Below are positions 1 to 11,848 of a DNA stretch of 64,000 nucleotides, in pieces. The position numbers were made by a program, and so were the translations under genes. The first letter of the stretch is position 1, and each line of letters starts with the position of its first letter. Below the pieces are notes generated by a model. That model saw only the letters and a program-made list of their open reading frames with translations. It was not told where the DNA came from and did no database searches. This stretch comes from Dendrobates tinctorius (taxonomy: Eukaryota): contig NW_027361708.1 of assembly GCF_039654945.1 (NCBI RefSeq), positions 14,570,001 through 14,634,000 on the forward strand, given 5' to 3'.

Positions 1-336
1 TCAGAAGACAGAGCTAAGGGAATTCAGCTCACCCCAGCAGGGGATGGCAGAAATCCAGAAAAACAAAGCAAAACAAAGTCAAAGCACAAATGCAAAAGGC
101 CAAGCAGAAAACTTAGCTTTAGAAGAGCAGGAATTCAGACTGGTCTCCAAGGATCCCACAGAGAAATCACCCGCAGGGCAGAAGGGCGTTGGCAGCCTTA
201 TATCCAGTCAGTAACTCCACTCAGCCAGTCATCATCATTAGGCTCAGGTGTTTGATAATCAGGCTCACTACCGTTCTTTACCAGAAGAGGGAGTTCCTCG
301 GGCCTCAGTAGTGAAGGGGAAAATGAACTCACAACA
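1..336 (-). mobile_element. Partial Gypsy (sushi-like) LTR, cut by the window edge
   Basis: Clearly similar to the LTR sequence at 11505-11848 and 16265-16605 (e.g. GGAATTCAGCTCACCCCAGCAGGG, CCTTATATCCAGTCAG, GTGAAGGGGAAAATGAACTCA); ends ...ACAACA at 336. Confidence 0.85.
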
Positions 337-1422
337 GGGCACATGGCCCCCACACAGAATTGAAGACATAGATGAATGACCTGATTGGACTCAACTCACA
401 CCTAAACATCGAAGATTCCCAGCAGCTGTTCGGCCACCGACAAATTTAACATCGGACAAGCGGGAAAAGTTCCCCCACATCATCTGGCTTGAAGACTTCC
501 CAGTAAGGAACCAGTTGGCGAAGACTACTGCAAAGAAGCTACTCTCAAAAATAGTGTGCAGATATGGGGTTTCCAGAAGCAATAGCAAGTGATCAGGGAC
601 CCGCATACACAGCAAACCTAACACAAGAGACCTGATCAGCAGTAGGGTCAGACTTAGGCCTACACACTACTCACCATCCCACACCATAGATTAGGTGGGA
701 CACTTAAGAGCAGCATGCTAAAAAATTTGCCCAAGAGACAGACAAACCCTGGCATTAGACACTCCCGTAGGCTCAGAAAAAAAGCTGTCACCAATATGAG
801 ACTTTATTTGTGTCCAAACCCATTTTAGGGGTATTCTTTGCTTAGCAGTTGACTATGCAATATGATACTTTGTCTGCATGTGTAATTAAATTTATCAAGA
901 ATTTTGCTAATGTCCATTCTCGAGTTTCTCTCCTTCATTGCCAGGTCCAGATTCGGTGCCTGGTATACACGTCCTAAAGTCAGGAGACTGAGTGTGGGTG
1001 GATAAAGTCTGTAAAGAGAAGCACTCGATCCCAGATCCGATGGCCCTTCACCAAGTGCCGACGCAGCCGACCTGGAGAGAAAACCCCGCCTGGATCCACG
1101 CATCGCATTGCAGGAAAAGGCCTTCATACCAGAAGATACACCTGAGCTGGAATGATGCTGTGGATGACCTCCCTGACTGAATAAATTACCTACCTGACAG
1201 AGAATACACATGCACTGACTGCATAGACTGCTAACTAAGAGACTTTGATTACATTGCACCACACCCCCTTTAGGGACAGATCTCCTGACTGCCCATTTGC
1301 GAAAGTCTGTACAGAGGAGGATGTATGCACTAGGCATATGTCAGTCCACTGGCAGCATAAAAGAGTTGCATCGCTTTGGGCTAGGAGCAGGGTTTTAGGG
1401 CAAGTGATATCTAAGGGGGGAT
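337..1422 (+). pseudogene. Decayed endogenous retrovirus integrase region
   Basis: Manual translation from ~486 gives WLEDFPVRNQLAKTTAKKLLSKIVCRYGV/PEAIASDQGPAYT...HHP (integrase core, with a frameshift and stop). Around 1080 it reads ENPAWIHASHCRK, a typical class I ERV integrase C-terminus. Polypurine tract AAGGGGGGA at 1413-1421. Confidence 0.75.
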
Positions 1423-2036
1423 TGTTATGGAAATATATATGTATATGTATTTCATATAGATCTCACTTGCCTGCTATAGGCTATATACTCCATATACTGC
1501 TATATACTCATGTACTCTTATATATTCTTATATGCACACAGATACATATTCACAGTTTGAACCTGCAACTAGTTGGTGGAAATGACCTACTGCCCCCCAT
1601 GAGAGAGTCTGGGGAGCAGATGGTATCTTATGATAGCATTGTCTTGTGATATTTGTCCCAGACATAGAAAGAGGATGTTTAGGCCAGATGTGCCAGCCGA
1701 TATCAGAACATTGCTGACATTGTAAGACAAAGAGCAGTATATCATCTGATGCTTAAGTCACCTTAGGTCGACGCCCATATATGTTTATGCATTAAAACTG
1801 ACCAATTAGGTAAGAAGTAAAGCCTTTATGTTAATGAGTAGCCACACCTTTCTGTACAACTGATAAAACCAAGTATATTCAATAAACTTCCAGAGTTTTG
1901 CTGGGAGGTATTGCTGCCAACCAAGTCTGGCGTCTTTCCTTCTTTGAGCGCTCAATAAGACTCTGTCTAATTAGGACAGGCCACAGTATGCACAGGGGTA
2001 AATCTACCCAAATCAAAAGTAAATCCATCCACAACA
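1423..2036 (+). mobile_element. Probable ERV 3' LTR
   Basis: Starts TGTT just after the polypurine tract, ends AACA, contains AATAAA at 1881 and abuts the minisatellite. Confidence 0.6.
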
Positions 2037-3190
2037 CCAGGATAGGGGGTGAGGGGACCATACATACCAGGATAGGGATGAGGGAGTACCATGCATACCA
2101 GGATTGAGGGATGAGGGGTACCATGCATACCAGGATAGGGATGAGGGAGTACCATGCATACCAGGATTGGGGGGTGAGAGGACCATGCATACCAGGATTG
2201 GGGGATGAGGGGTACCATGCATACCAGGATTGGGGGATGAGAGTACTATGTATACCAGGATAGGGGGTGAGGGGACCATACATACCAGGATAGGGGGTGA
2301 GGGGGCCATGCATACCAGGAATGGGGGTGAGGGGACCATGCATACCAGGATTGGGGGATGAGAGTACTATGCATACCAGGATAGGGGGTGAGGGGACCAT
2401 ACATACCAGGATAGGGGGTGAGGGGGCCATGCATACCAGGATTGGGGGATGAGAGAACTATGCATGCCAGGATAGGGGGTGAGGGGACCATACATACCAG
2501 GATAGGGGGTGAGGGGGCCATGCATACCAGGATGAAGAATGGGGTGCAATGCATACCAGAATTGGGGGTTGAGAGGACCATGCATACCAGGATTGGGGGA
2601 TGAGGGGTACCATGCATACCAGGATAGGGGGTGAGGGGACCATACATACCAGGATAGGGATGAGGGAGTACCATGCATACCAGGATTGAGGGATGAGGGG
2701 TGCCATGCATACCAGGATAGGGAGTGAGGGGACCATGCATACCAGGATAGGGATGAGGGAGTACCATGCATACCAGGATTGGGGGGTGAGAGGACCATGC
2801 ATACCAGGATTGGGGGATGAGGGGTACCATATATTCCAGGATAGGGGGATGAGAGTACTATGCATACCAGGATAGGGGGTGAGGGGACCATACATACCAG
2901 GATAGGGGGTGAGGGGGCCATGCATACCAGGATTGGGGGTGAGGGGACCATGCATACCAGGATAGGGGGTGAGGGGACCATGCATACCAGGATAGGGATG
3001 AGGGAGTACCATGCATACCAGGATTGAGGGGTGAGGGGACCATGCATACCAGGATGAAGAATGGGGTGCCATGCATACCAGGATTGCGGGGGTGAGGGTA
3101 CCATGCATACCAGGATAGGAATGAGGGGTGCCATGCGTACCAGGATAGGAGGGTGGCAGCACATACCAAGATGGGAGACCATATACCAAT
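2037..3190. repeat. ~22-23 bp G-rich minisatellite (ACCATGCATACCAGGATAGGGGGTGAGGGG-like), probably inside a non-autonomous Helitron
   Basis: About 50 tandem variant units seen directly. Followed by a degenerate GC hairpin and CTAG|T at 3229-3233, which resembles a Helitron 3' end. Confidence 0.9.
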
Positions 3191-3239
3191 TAAAATGCTC
3201 GCCAGCTGGGCATAGAACGGGTTCATAGCTAGTACACTA

Positions 3240-5700
3240 TATATGGCTGTACAGTACTGCTTAGCCACATGGCGAGACTCAGTAGGAACGAAGTGCTATT
3301 TGCCTCCTGGAGCGTAGATTTTCCTTGAATAGTTTGTGGACTTCATATACAGAGCCCCTAAATGGTAGGAACGCAGAATCCCCTCTCAAGTGACCTCATT
3401 TTGGATATTATACCCCTTTGTTAATTTATCTACAGATGTAGTGCCAATTTTGACTCCATGGGTGTTTTCCAGAAACAAGCAGTAATGGATGTTCCTGAGT
3501 GATAATTGCAAACTTCCATTGTATTGACCAATGCGTTGAAGTGACCAGTATGTTGTAGTGACCAGTACATTATGATCAGCTCATGCTTCTGGAGACTCCA
3601 CCTGTAAATTAGGAGGGCTTTCAACACTACAGAAATGCCAAACGTGGGCGCTAGATGTGGTTTACACACACTGGGGTTCAGAAGGGAGGGGCATTTTGAT
3701 TTGGGAGTACAGAGTTTGTTGAATTTCTTTTGAGGGGCGAGGAGCTATTTCATTTTTCCAGAGCCTTTGTACTTCCAGTAGCGTGGAAGCCCTCTATATT
3801 TCCATTGAGAAATGATGGACCCAAGTTTGGACTTGCTTTTTAGTGGATTTATTTGAAGCTTTTATTAGGAACATTTTACAAATTGTTTGGGATCACATTG
3901 ATCCGGCGCTTTACGCTGAGTACTTACTTTGGGGTTTCTATCTAAATCTCTGAGTAATGTGACAGATGAAGCCCCAATGGATCTGTTCACTATAATGAGA
4001 CAGCAGAGTTACTTTGGACTCTTTCTGGTCTCTGTACAGCATTGTCCTTCTTTTAAGAAGTGAACAAAACTGTGGTCGACTGTGCTTTTATGTTTGTCTA
4101 AAAAGATGGACACAGGCAGATCACAGGTCAGATCGTGTCTACAGTGCCTCCATCTACCTCATTAAAGGGAATATTCCTTTCTTCTGAATCATGTTTTTCA
4201 GAGATTTAAACTGAAACCCCAGTGTAAGCGCTCAGCATAGAGTGCAGAATAAATGTGAGCCGAGTCTTACTGTGATATTTGGGAGGCAGAATGAACAAAT
4301 CAACAGCAGGTGAAAAATTGGTTTTAATTAATTTTTCACATCGCTCCACATGCAGTATGTTACTCGATGACTTTATTATTTGGGCCTGTGTAAATTGCAG
4401 CGATACCAGATTTATATGGGGTTTTTATGATTCGCAGCTGTCACACAATGAAAGATACTTTTTATTGCAAAAACTAGTTTTTGCATTGCCATATTTAGAC
4501 AGCTATAATTTTTCCATATTTCAGCTGACATAATCATGTGACAGTTAAAACATAAGAAACTGAAAGAATTGAAGGACTCACCCAGATCCTTCTAGATGTG
4601 CAATTTCATTCCATGGTGAAATTTGACATTAAATCATATCAAAGTGCGGAGTGCAGGTAGCAGGGGAGCTATGCAGATCATTAGTACTAATCATTTGACA
4701 GCTCCTATTTTGCAGAACTAGTTGACGTTTTTAATGGTACCATTTTTTTTAATTCTTTTTATATTCTGATTTTTGGGAGGCAGAATGAACAAAAACCAGC
4801 AATTCAGGAATTGCTTTTTGGGTTTCTTTTTTATACCACTCTGCCTGGTAAAGTTGATTAGGCAGCTTTATTCTTTGGTTCAGAACAATTATAGCGATAC
4901 CCCATTTATATATTTTTTTATGTTGTGGCGCTTTTACACAATATAAACTATTTTAGAGAAAAAATAATTATTTTTGTATCGCTTTATTCTGAGAGCTATG
5001 ACTTTTTTTTATTTTTCCGCTGATGGAGCTTCATGGTATCTATTTTTTGTGGACTATATGATGTTTTCAGCGGTACCATTTTTATTACATTCGTCTTTTT
5101 GATTGCATTTTATTTCACGTTTTGTTCATCGGTATGATGATAAAGCATAGTATTTTGCATTGTTTTTTATTTATTTTGCTATGGTGTTCACAGGAGTGGT
5201 TAACTAGTGGGACAGTTTTATAGGTCGGTTCGTTTCGGACGCGGCGATACCAAATATGTGCAATTTTTTATTTTTTTACATTACGAGAATAAATGTATTT
5301 ATTGGATTCATTTTTTTTCTTTATTTTTGAAAATATTTTTTACCCATTTTACATTATCCCAGGATGGGACATCACTGTAAAGTAGCAGATCGCTGATCTG
5401 ATACTCTGCAATCCTTCTGCATTGCAGGGCATTAGAGCAGCTTCTGACAAGCAGAGGGGGAGGTGTGTCGTGTTTTTAGCAGGCACTTACAGGTTACCTT
5501 CACTACAGGACCCTGAAGGACCCCGTGGCCATCTTGCGGCCGCGCGTCACCTTGGAGACCATTGACACAACACATTTGCTTTGCTTTGTGCCAATGGAAG
5601 CACAGAGGGAACACACTACCTCTGTGATGCTCGCCAATGTGGCTGTCACTATTGAAGCATTCTGCCTCCCACTAAAGAAGCATTGTGTACACAGTAATAG
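3240..5700. mobile_element. Fragments of non-autonomous DNA transposons (same family as 37904-40082, partly in opposite orientation)
   Basis: 4690-5420 is reverse-complement similar to 38330-39100 (e.g. GGTATGATGATAAAGCA, CGCTTTATTCTGAGAGCTAT). Boundaries approximate. Confidence 0.55.
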
Positions 5701-6602
5701 GGAGTGCTGAGGCTGCTCCATATACAGTGGTCATGTAATCAATGTGTATAGAAGGGGAACAGGAGCTGCTAGGTTGTATGTAGGAGACACAGACAGTTCT
5801 GCTATATAACCAGTAGACTATACTTCTACTGCAACTGGGGCTAGTATACCTGTCCCAGTTACAAAGAAAAAAGATGACTATACAAATATTTCAGTACTTA
5901 AATACCCTCAGACTAAGTGCCCATGTTGCAGTAATGCTGCGGAATTGTCCGCAGCATTTCCGCATCTCCCCACAGCTGGTAAAACGCGACTGCTGCATCA
6001 TCAGAGGTCATTTGCGCAATGCATCCCTGGGAACGGAAGTTGCTGGCAGCACCGCTAAGGAATGGGAGGACTCTGGGGGCCGACAGAGGGTGATTATATC
6101 CTGATTTTTTATTTTAATTCTATTTTTTACAGGAATATGGTATCCAGGGCATGGAGGAGAGTCTCCTCTCCTCCAGACCCTGGGTCTCCTCTCCTCCAAA
6201 CCCTGGGTACCATCCGCACATGAAACGCTCACTTTTTGCATGGTGGACATCGCCACATGCGTAAAGTGAGCATTTCAATGCAATCCTATAGGGGCAGAAT
6301 TGCTGCGTTTCCGCAAAATTAATGGACAAGCTGCAGATTTTACCACGATGTGATTCCGCAGAGGAAAAATCCGCAGCATGGGCACAGCAATTGCGGATTC
6401 CCATAGGATTGCATGGGAATGCCCTTTGTTAGCTTTTTTAAGCGTTTCCGCAGCGACAAAAACACGACGGAAATGCTTGAAAAATGAAAAGTAGGCACAC
6501 AGCCTCAAAAATCTCTTATGACCTTATGGGGGAAAATGTGTACAGTTAGGTCCATATATATTTGGACAGAGACAACATTTTTCTAATTTTGGTTCTAGAC
6601 AT

Positions 6603-7687
6603 GAAACTAAATAGCAAAGCCACTAAAGAAGACTCAGGTCTTCAAAAATTCATTTTTAAACAGCAAACAAAAAGGCAGCAACACTTGCCTGCCCAGGTCT
6701 AGGAACAAATGCACTGCAGGGTGCAGCCAGCCCATAAAGCGAGATGTTAGCAGCACAGGTGCAAAATACCAGATTAACAGCCACTCTCCACCTACCCATT
6801 TCTGGAAGGGGTGACTGCCCAGTATACAATTGCACAATAAAGGCCCGCATAGGGTCCTGTTCACACAAAGGAACGGCGTAGTGTCTGATTCACAGCCTAT
6901 TAGTCACGCCCCTACTATTCAATTAGGCGGGCTGGCCAGCATACCCTCAGTGCATCCCAGTGTGAACACCCCTCATACGAGACCAAAAGTGTCTGGGCTC
7001 GGCTGCACCCCGAAAAATGTAGTGCAAAAAGTACACAATTAGTGAGGTATTAGCTGATATTTTGGCCAAAATACGTGAGCCCGTAAACTGCACCATAGTT
7101 CCCCATTGTTACAGGTCCCTACACTAAAATAAATAGCAAAGCCACTAAAGAAGACTCACGTCTTCAAAAATTAATTTTTAAACAGCAAACAAAAAGGCAG
7201 CAACACTTACCTGCCCAGGTCTAGGAGCAACATGGGGGGAACTTTGGCGCAGTTTATGGGCTCACGTATTTTGGCCAAAATATCAGCTAATACCTTACTA
7301 ATTGTGTACTTTTTGCACTACATTTTTTGGGGTGCAGCCGAGCCCAGACATGTTTGGTGTCGTATGAGAGGTATTCACACTGGGATGCATTGAGGGTGTG
7401 CTGGACAGCCCGCCTAATCAAATAGTAGGGGCATGACTAATAGGCTGTGAACCAGACACTATGCAGTTCCCTTGTGTGAACAGCACCCTATGTGGGCCTT
7501 TATTGTGCAATTGTATACTGGGCAGTCACCCCCTCCAGAAATGGGTAGGTGGAGACTGGCTGTTAATCTGGTATTTTGCACCTGTGTTGCTAACATCTTG
7601 CTTTATGGGCTGGCTGCACCCTGCAGTGCATTTGTTCTTAGACCTGGGCAGGTAAGTGTTGCTGCCTTTTTGTTTGCTGTTTAAAAA
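6603..7687. mobile_element. Non-coding retro-insertion: ~523 bp unit + partial tandem copy + inverted copy (Penelope pseudo-LTR / retrozyme-like architecture)
   Basis: 14 bp TSD TTGGTTCTAGACAT (6589-6602, 7688-7701). 6606-6709 is repeated directly at ~7129-7230, and ~6651-7108 is repeated inverted at 7231-7687. Confidence 0.7.
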
Positions 7688-9256
7688 TTGGTTCTAGACA
7701 TTACCACAATGAATTTTAAACAAAACAATTCAGATGCAGTTGAAGTTCAGACTTTCAGCTTTCATTTGAGGGTATCCATATTAAAATTGGATGAAGGGTT
7801 TAGGAGTTTCAGCTCCTTAACATGTGCCACCCTGTTTTTATTGTTCAAGATATTTTTATTAAACAGGTAAAGTAATGTTAACAAACATTGCAATTTGGAA
7901 TACTCATTAACAGGTATAGAATATTCAGTCCTCCCACCCTCCATCAATAGTATCCCACTACTAAGATTCCCCATCCCATTGACATCATTATATCTTCTCA
8001 AATGACTAAATCAAGGAAGGAGGGAGACAGTCTAAATTAGATAGAGGAAAGGAGGGAGAAAAAGTAAGAGAAAGAATAGAAAAGAAGAGAAAAGAAATAA
8101 CCAAAAAGGAGAGGAAAACGAGACAAAGCATGGACATTAATAAGGTGTCCGAGGTCTGACACCCCAGTATTGCTTATTTACTATGGGGGACAAGGTAGTG
8201 TCCCTTTTGCTAGCCAAGACTGAAAATGTTGCGACTCTTTAAATTGAACCCAAGGATGCCACACCACAAACCAACTGGTACCCGACCTGTCATCAAAAGC
8301 CCTCATCTCCTCCATCCGGCACAGAACATCCACCGCCTCCACCCAATCAATCCGCCCCGGTGCAACCGAAGACCTCCAAAGCCTGGGTATAATTTGACGC
8401 ATTGCAGTCATGAAATATGGCAACATACTCTTCTTAATGTTGGATAATGAGTCCGGAAAGATGGATAGCAATGCCACCTCCGGAGTCACCTCCACTTGCT
8501 TATTGGCAATATAATTATAGAGTGCGAATATTTCATTCCATAGGGGTCTGACACCTTGACAACTCCACCATATATGTAACATGGATCCCACTTCCACATT
8601 ACACCTCCAACATAGGTCCGGGACTGTCGGACACTTCCTGTGCAGTTTAACGGGTGTTCTGTACCATTATGTCAATATCTTATAATTCAGCTTCTGGATC
8701 CTGCAGAACACCGACTTCTTATGTGCAGAGGTAAACGCCTTGGCCCACATTTGGGATGTAATTTCTCTGTTTAATTCCTTTTGCCACTGGATCGTACATC
8801 TGAGAGGCCCAACCCCCATCCCTCCAGACACTATCATACCGTATATCAGAGAAACAGCATGTGCCGGCCCCTGTGACAGAGAACATAGTCGCTCAAAAGA
8901 GGTAGACATGTGGTACGAGCCCCCTTCCAAATCTAAAGACCTAATGTAACTCTGGAGCTGTAAACATTGTAGCCAATGCCCCGGTGCCCGTCTCCTATCT
9001 TCCAAAATGTCTCCCAAAGATAAGATGCCCATTTGACTAGTCACATCTTTAATACATGGAACCGGCCCCTGTGTAACCGAAGGAATTATAAAAGTAGGAT
9101 GCTGCAATTCAGTGGGGAGTCCAAAATTCCCAACCAGAGGGGTCAGTGGTCCCGGTATATTTGCCAATGAGAAACGCTTCGCGAATCGCCCCCAGGCCCG
9201 CGCATTAGTATATAGTGTATAGGAAATAGACATCTTTCTCAAGTTAACACTGTATG

Positions 9257-10044
9257 TGTCACGTGGACCCGTCCTGTGTGACACGACCCACAGGCCGGTA
9301 ACTAAAACAACAAGACAAGGGGGAAGGGAAAACAGTTACAACGGTGGGCCCTGCGATAGGGAATGGGGACGTGGAGATCTCCTGCACTCCCCTGAGCCAG
9401 TCTCTACACTCCTAACAGTCCCTATACAGGCTCCGCACCTGTCGCCGAGCTGGAACCTAAGAACCCTAGCTTGCCCTGCACCTAGCCCTTTCTAATGAAA
9501 TGGATGGTGCAGAAACTAATCCCACCACTGCACTGAAACACATATTGAGGAAAGTGACAAACGGAAACACCACTTAGCTTTGCTCTGTTGCTCTTGCTCC
9601 CAGCAACAGAGTCCACCACCACAATGCAGCTTTCCTCCTGAATAGCTGCCACCAAGCTCTGTCAGAGCTGCAAGGAAATCCCCTCTGTGACTCCTTCCAC
9701 ACCAGGACTCTGACTGAGCTGCCAGGAACTCTCTCTCTAGCTCCTTCCTCCACTAAGGATGGTTGGAAATGACTACTATCACCAACAGTGATTGCAACAC
9801 CTGACACTCTTTTATAGCAGAGCCAGAGCAATCACACTTGCTTTATAATTACATGCACTAAACTAAAGAAACCAGAGTGCAATGATCCTAACGGCAACCG
9901 GGAGCAAAACTAGGACTGAAACCACCACAATGCAATGACCCTAATGGCCACCGGGGGCAAAACTATCTTTAAGCACCACAGCTTAAGGAAAAAAAAAGGT
10001 TACTAGTGCATTTTATCTGTCATGATCCAGCATAGATCATGACA
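9257..10044. mobile_element. Solo LTR inserted in L1 ORF2
   Basis: TGTCA...TGACA termini with 5 bp TSD GTATG (9252-9256, 10045-10049). Confidence 0.85.
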
Positions 10045-10560
10045 GTATGGAAGCCAGAACACCCCCGAGAGAGGCTTGGAGATAGCTCATGTTCAATGTC
10101 CACCCAGAGTTTAGATGCCCTGTTATGGAACAAGTCTAGAACACAATTCCCAATAGTTGAAGCATGATATACCCGTAAATCCGGTAGGCCTGTTCCTCTA
10201 TCTTCCTTATGTCTATGCAATTGGGCATAACTTATACGTGGGCTACCATTATGCCAAACCAATTTTCTCATCACTCTATGTAACCTGTTATGAATGAGTC
10301 ACCGTAGGAGGCAAAAATAGAAATGCTAGCTAAGTCCAGAAAACCAGAGAAGTTGGCAGCTATCGGATTGCAGACCCCTAAACCTATCAACAACTAGCAG
10401 TAGCCGTGGGGGGTTCCTACGATGCCCTAGACCCCTCGATCACAGCCGGAGAACTTCCTAGCCTAAAGACAGAAAGGGAAATCTAAACTGCCCCAGAGCA
10501 GACCCCAAAGCAATAGGCAGCCCCCAACATATAATGACGGTGAAGCAAGAAGAAAAAACG

Positions 10561-11136
10561 CCGATCAACCTGAATGGCTAATGACATAGAATCGTCCAGA
10601 CCAGAGGGAACAGGAAATACCACCATAGTATCTTTTACGGCTTCTGACAGACCCTTCCGAAAGAGAGCTGCCAAGGCATTATTATTTCAGGCAGTAAGGA
10701 CCGCCCACTTTCGGAATTTTTGACAGTACAATTCTGCAGAATCTCGACCCTGGCTCAATGCCAACAGGGTCTTTTCAGCCTTATCAATAGCATTAGGTTC
10801 GTCATACAACAACCCCAAGGCTTGAAAAAATGCGTTCACATAAGTCAGACTAGGATCATCAGGTTTCAAAGAAAACGCCCAATCCTGGGGATCGCCACGC
10901 AGCAAAGAGATGACAATTTTAACCTGCTGCGCGGAGCTCCCTGACGAGTTAGGCTTCAAGGCAAAAAATAATTTACAATTATTTTTGAAATTCAAAAATT
11001 TAGACCGATCCCCAAAAAACACATCAGGAGTAGGGATCTTTGGTTCAGCAGCATGTGAATGAGCAAGGTAGGCGGAAATTCCCCGCACTTCCACAGCGAG
11101 CTGCTCCACATGATCAGACAATTGCTTTATCTCCAT
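10561..11136 (-). pseudogene. Duplicated 5' part of gag
   Basis: ORF 10687-11136 is ~98% identical to 15446-15895 and has the same premature stop. Confidence 0.9.
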
Positions 11137-11848
11137 TGAGAGAAAAAAAAATTCCCCCTACGGCCTCAGAGATATAGAGGAAAAAATATACACACTTTTT
11201 TTTTTTAATTCTTTCCTGCTATTGAGTACCCTAGGATCTGCGGTATGGCTGGTGATTCTGTTATGAATGAGTCACCGTAGGAGGCAAAAATAGAAATGCT
11301 AGCTAAGTCCAGAAACGCTAACACAGATAGAAAGATAGACTGAGCAAATGATGGGGCCCAAGCTAACTAGATAGGACAGGATAGGAAAGCTGCTGTCTGC
11401 AATCCGCGAAAAACCCTATCAAAATAAGAGCCCACAGACTGACAGGGAATAAGGCCCTGAAGACGCTAGGCTTCAAAAAGACTATATCAGTACTCAGGTA
11501 TTTTCTGAAGACAGAGCAAACCGACAAAAAAGGAATTCAGCTCACCCCAGCAGGGAATGGCAGAATCCAGAAAAGCAAGGCAAACTAAAACCAAAACACA
11601 AATGCAAAAGGGCAAAGCAGAAAACTTAGCTTTTGAGGAGCAGGAATCAGACTGGTCTCCTAGAATTCCACAGAGAATTCACCAGCGAGGCAGAAGGGCG
11701 TCGGCTGCCTTATATCCAGTCAGAGATCCCCGTCGCCCAGTCATCCTCTCCCAGCTGAGGTGCTTGGTAATCAGTCTCACTACCTTCCTTCACCAGAAGA
11801 GGGAGTTCATCAGACCTCAATGGTGAAGGGGAAAATGAACTCATAACA

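Noticed and set aside
1879-3268. Many Pro/Gly-rich ORFs on the minus strand
   Set aside because: Translation of the 22-23 bp minisatellite; no domain or splice evidence.
11557-11826. Duplicated 88-89 aa ORF (also 16317-16583)
   Set aside because: Antisense ORF within the LTR copies; duplication is explained by the LTRs.
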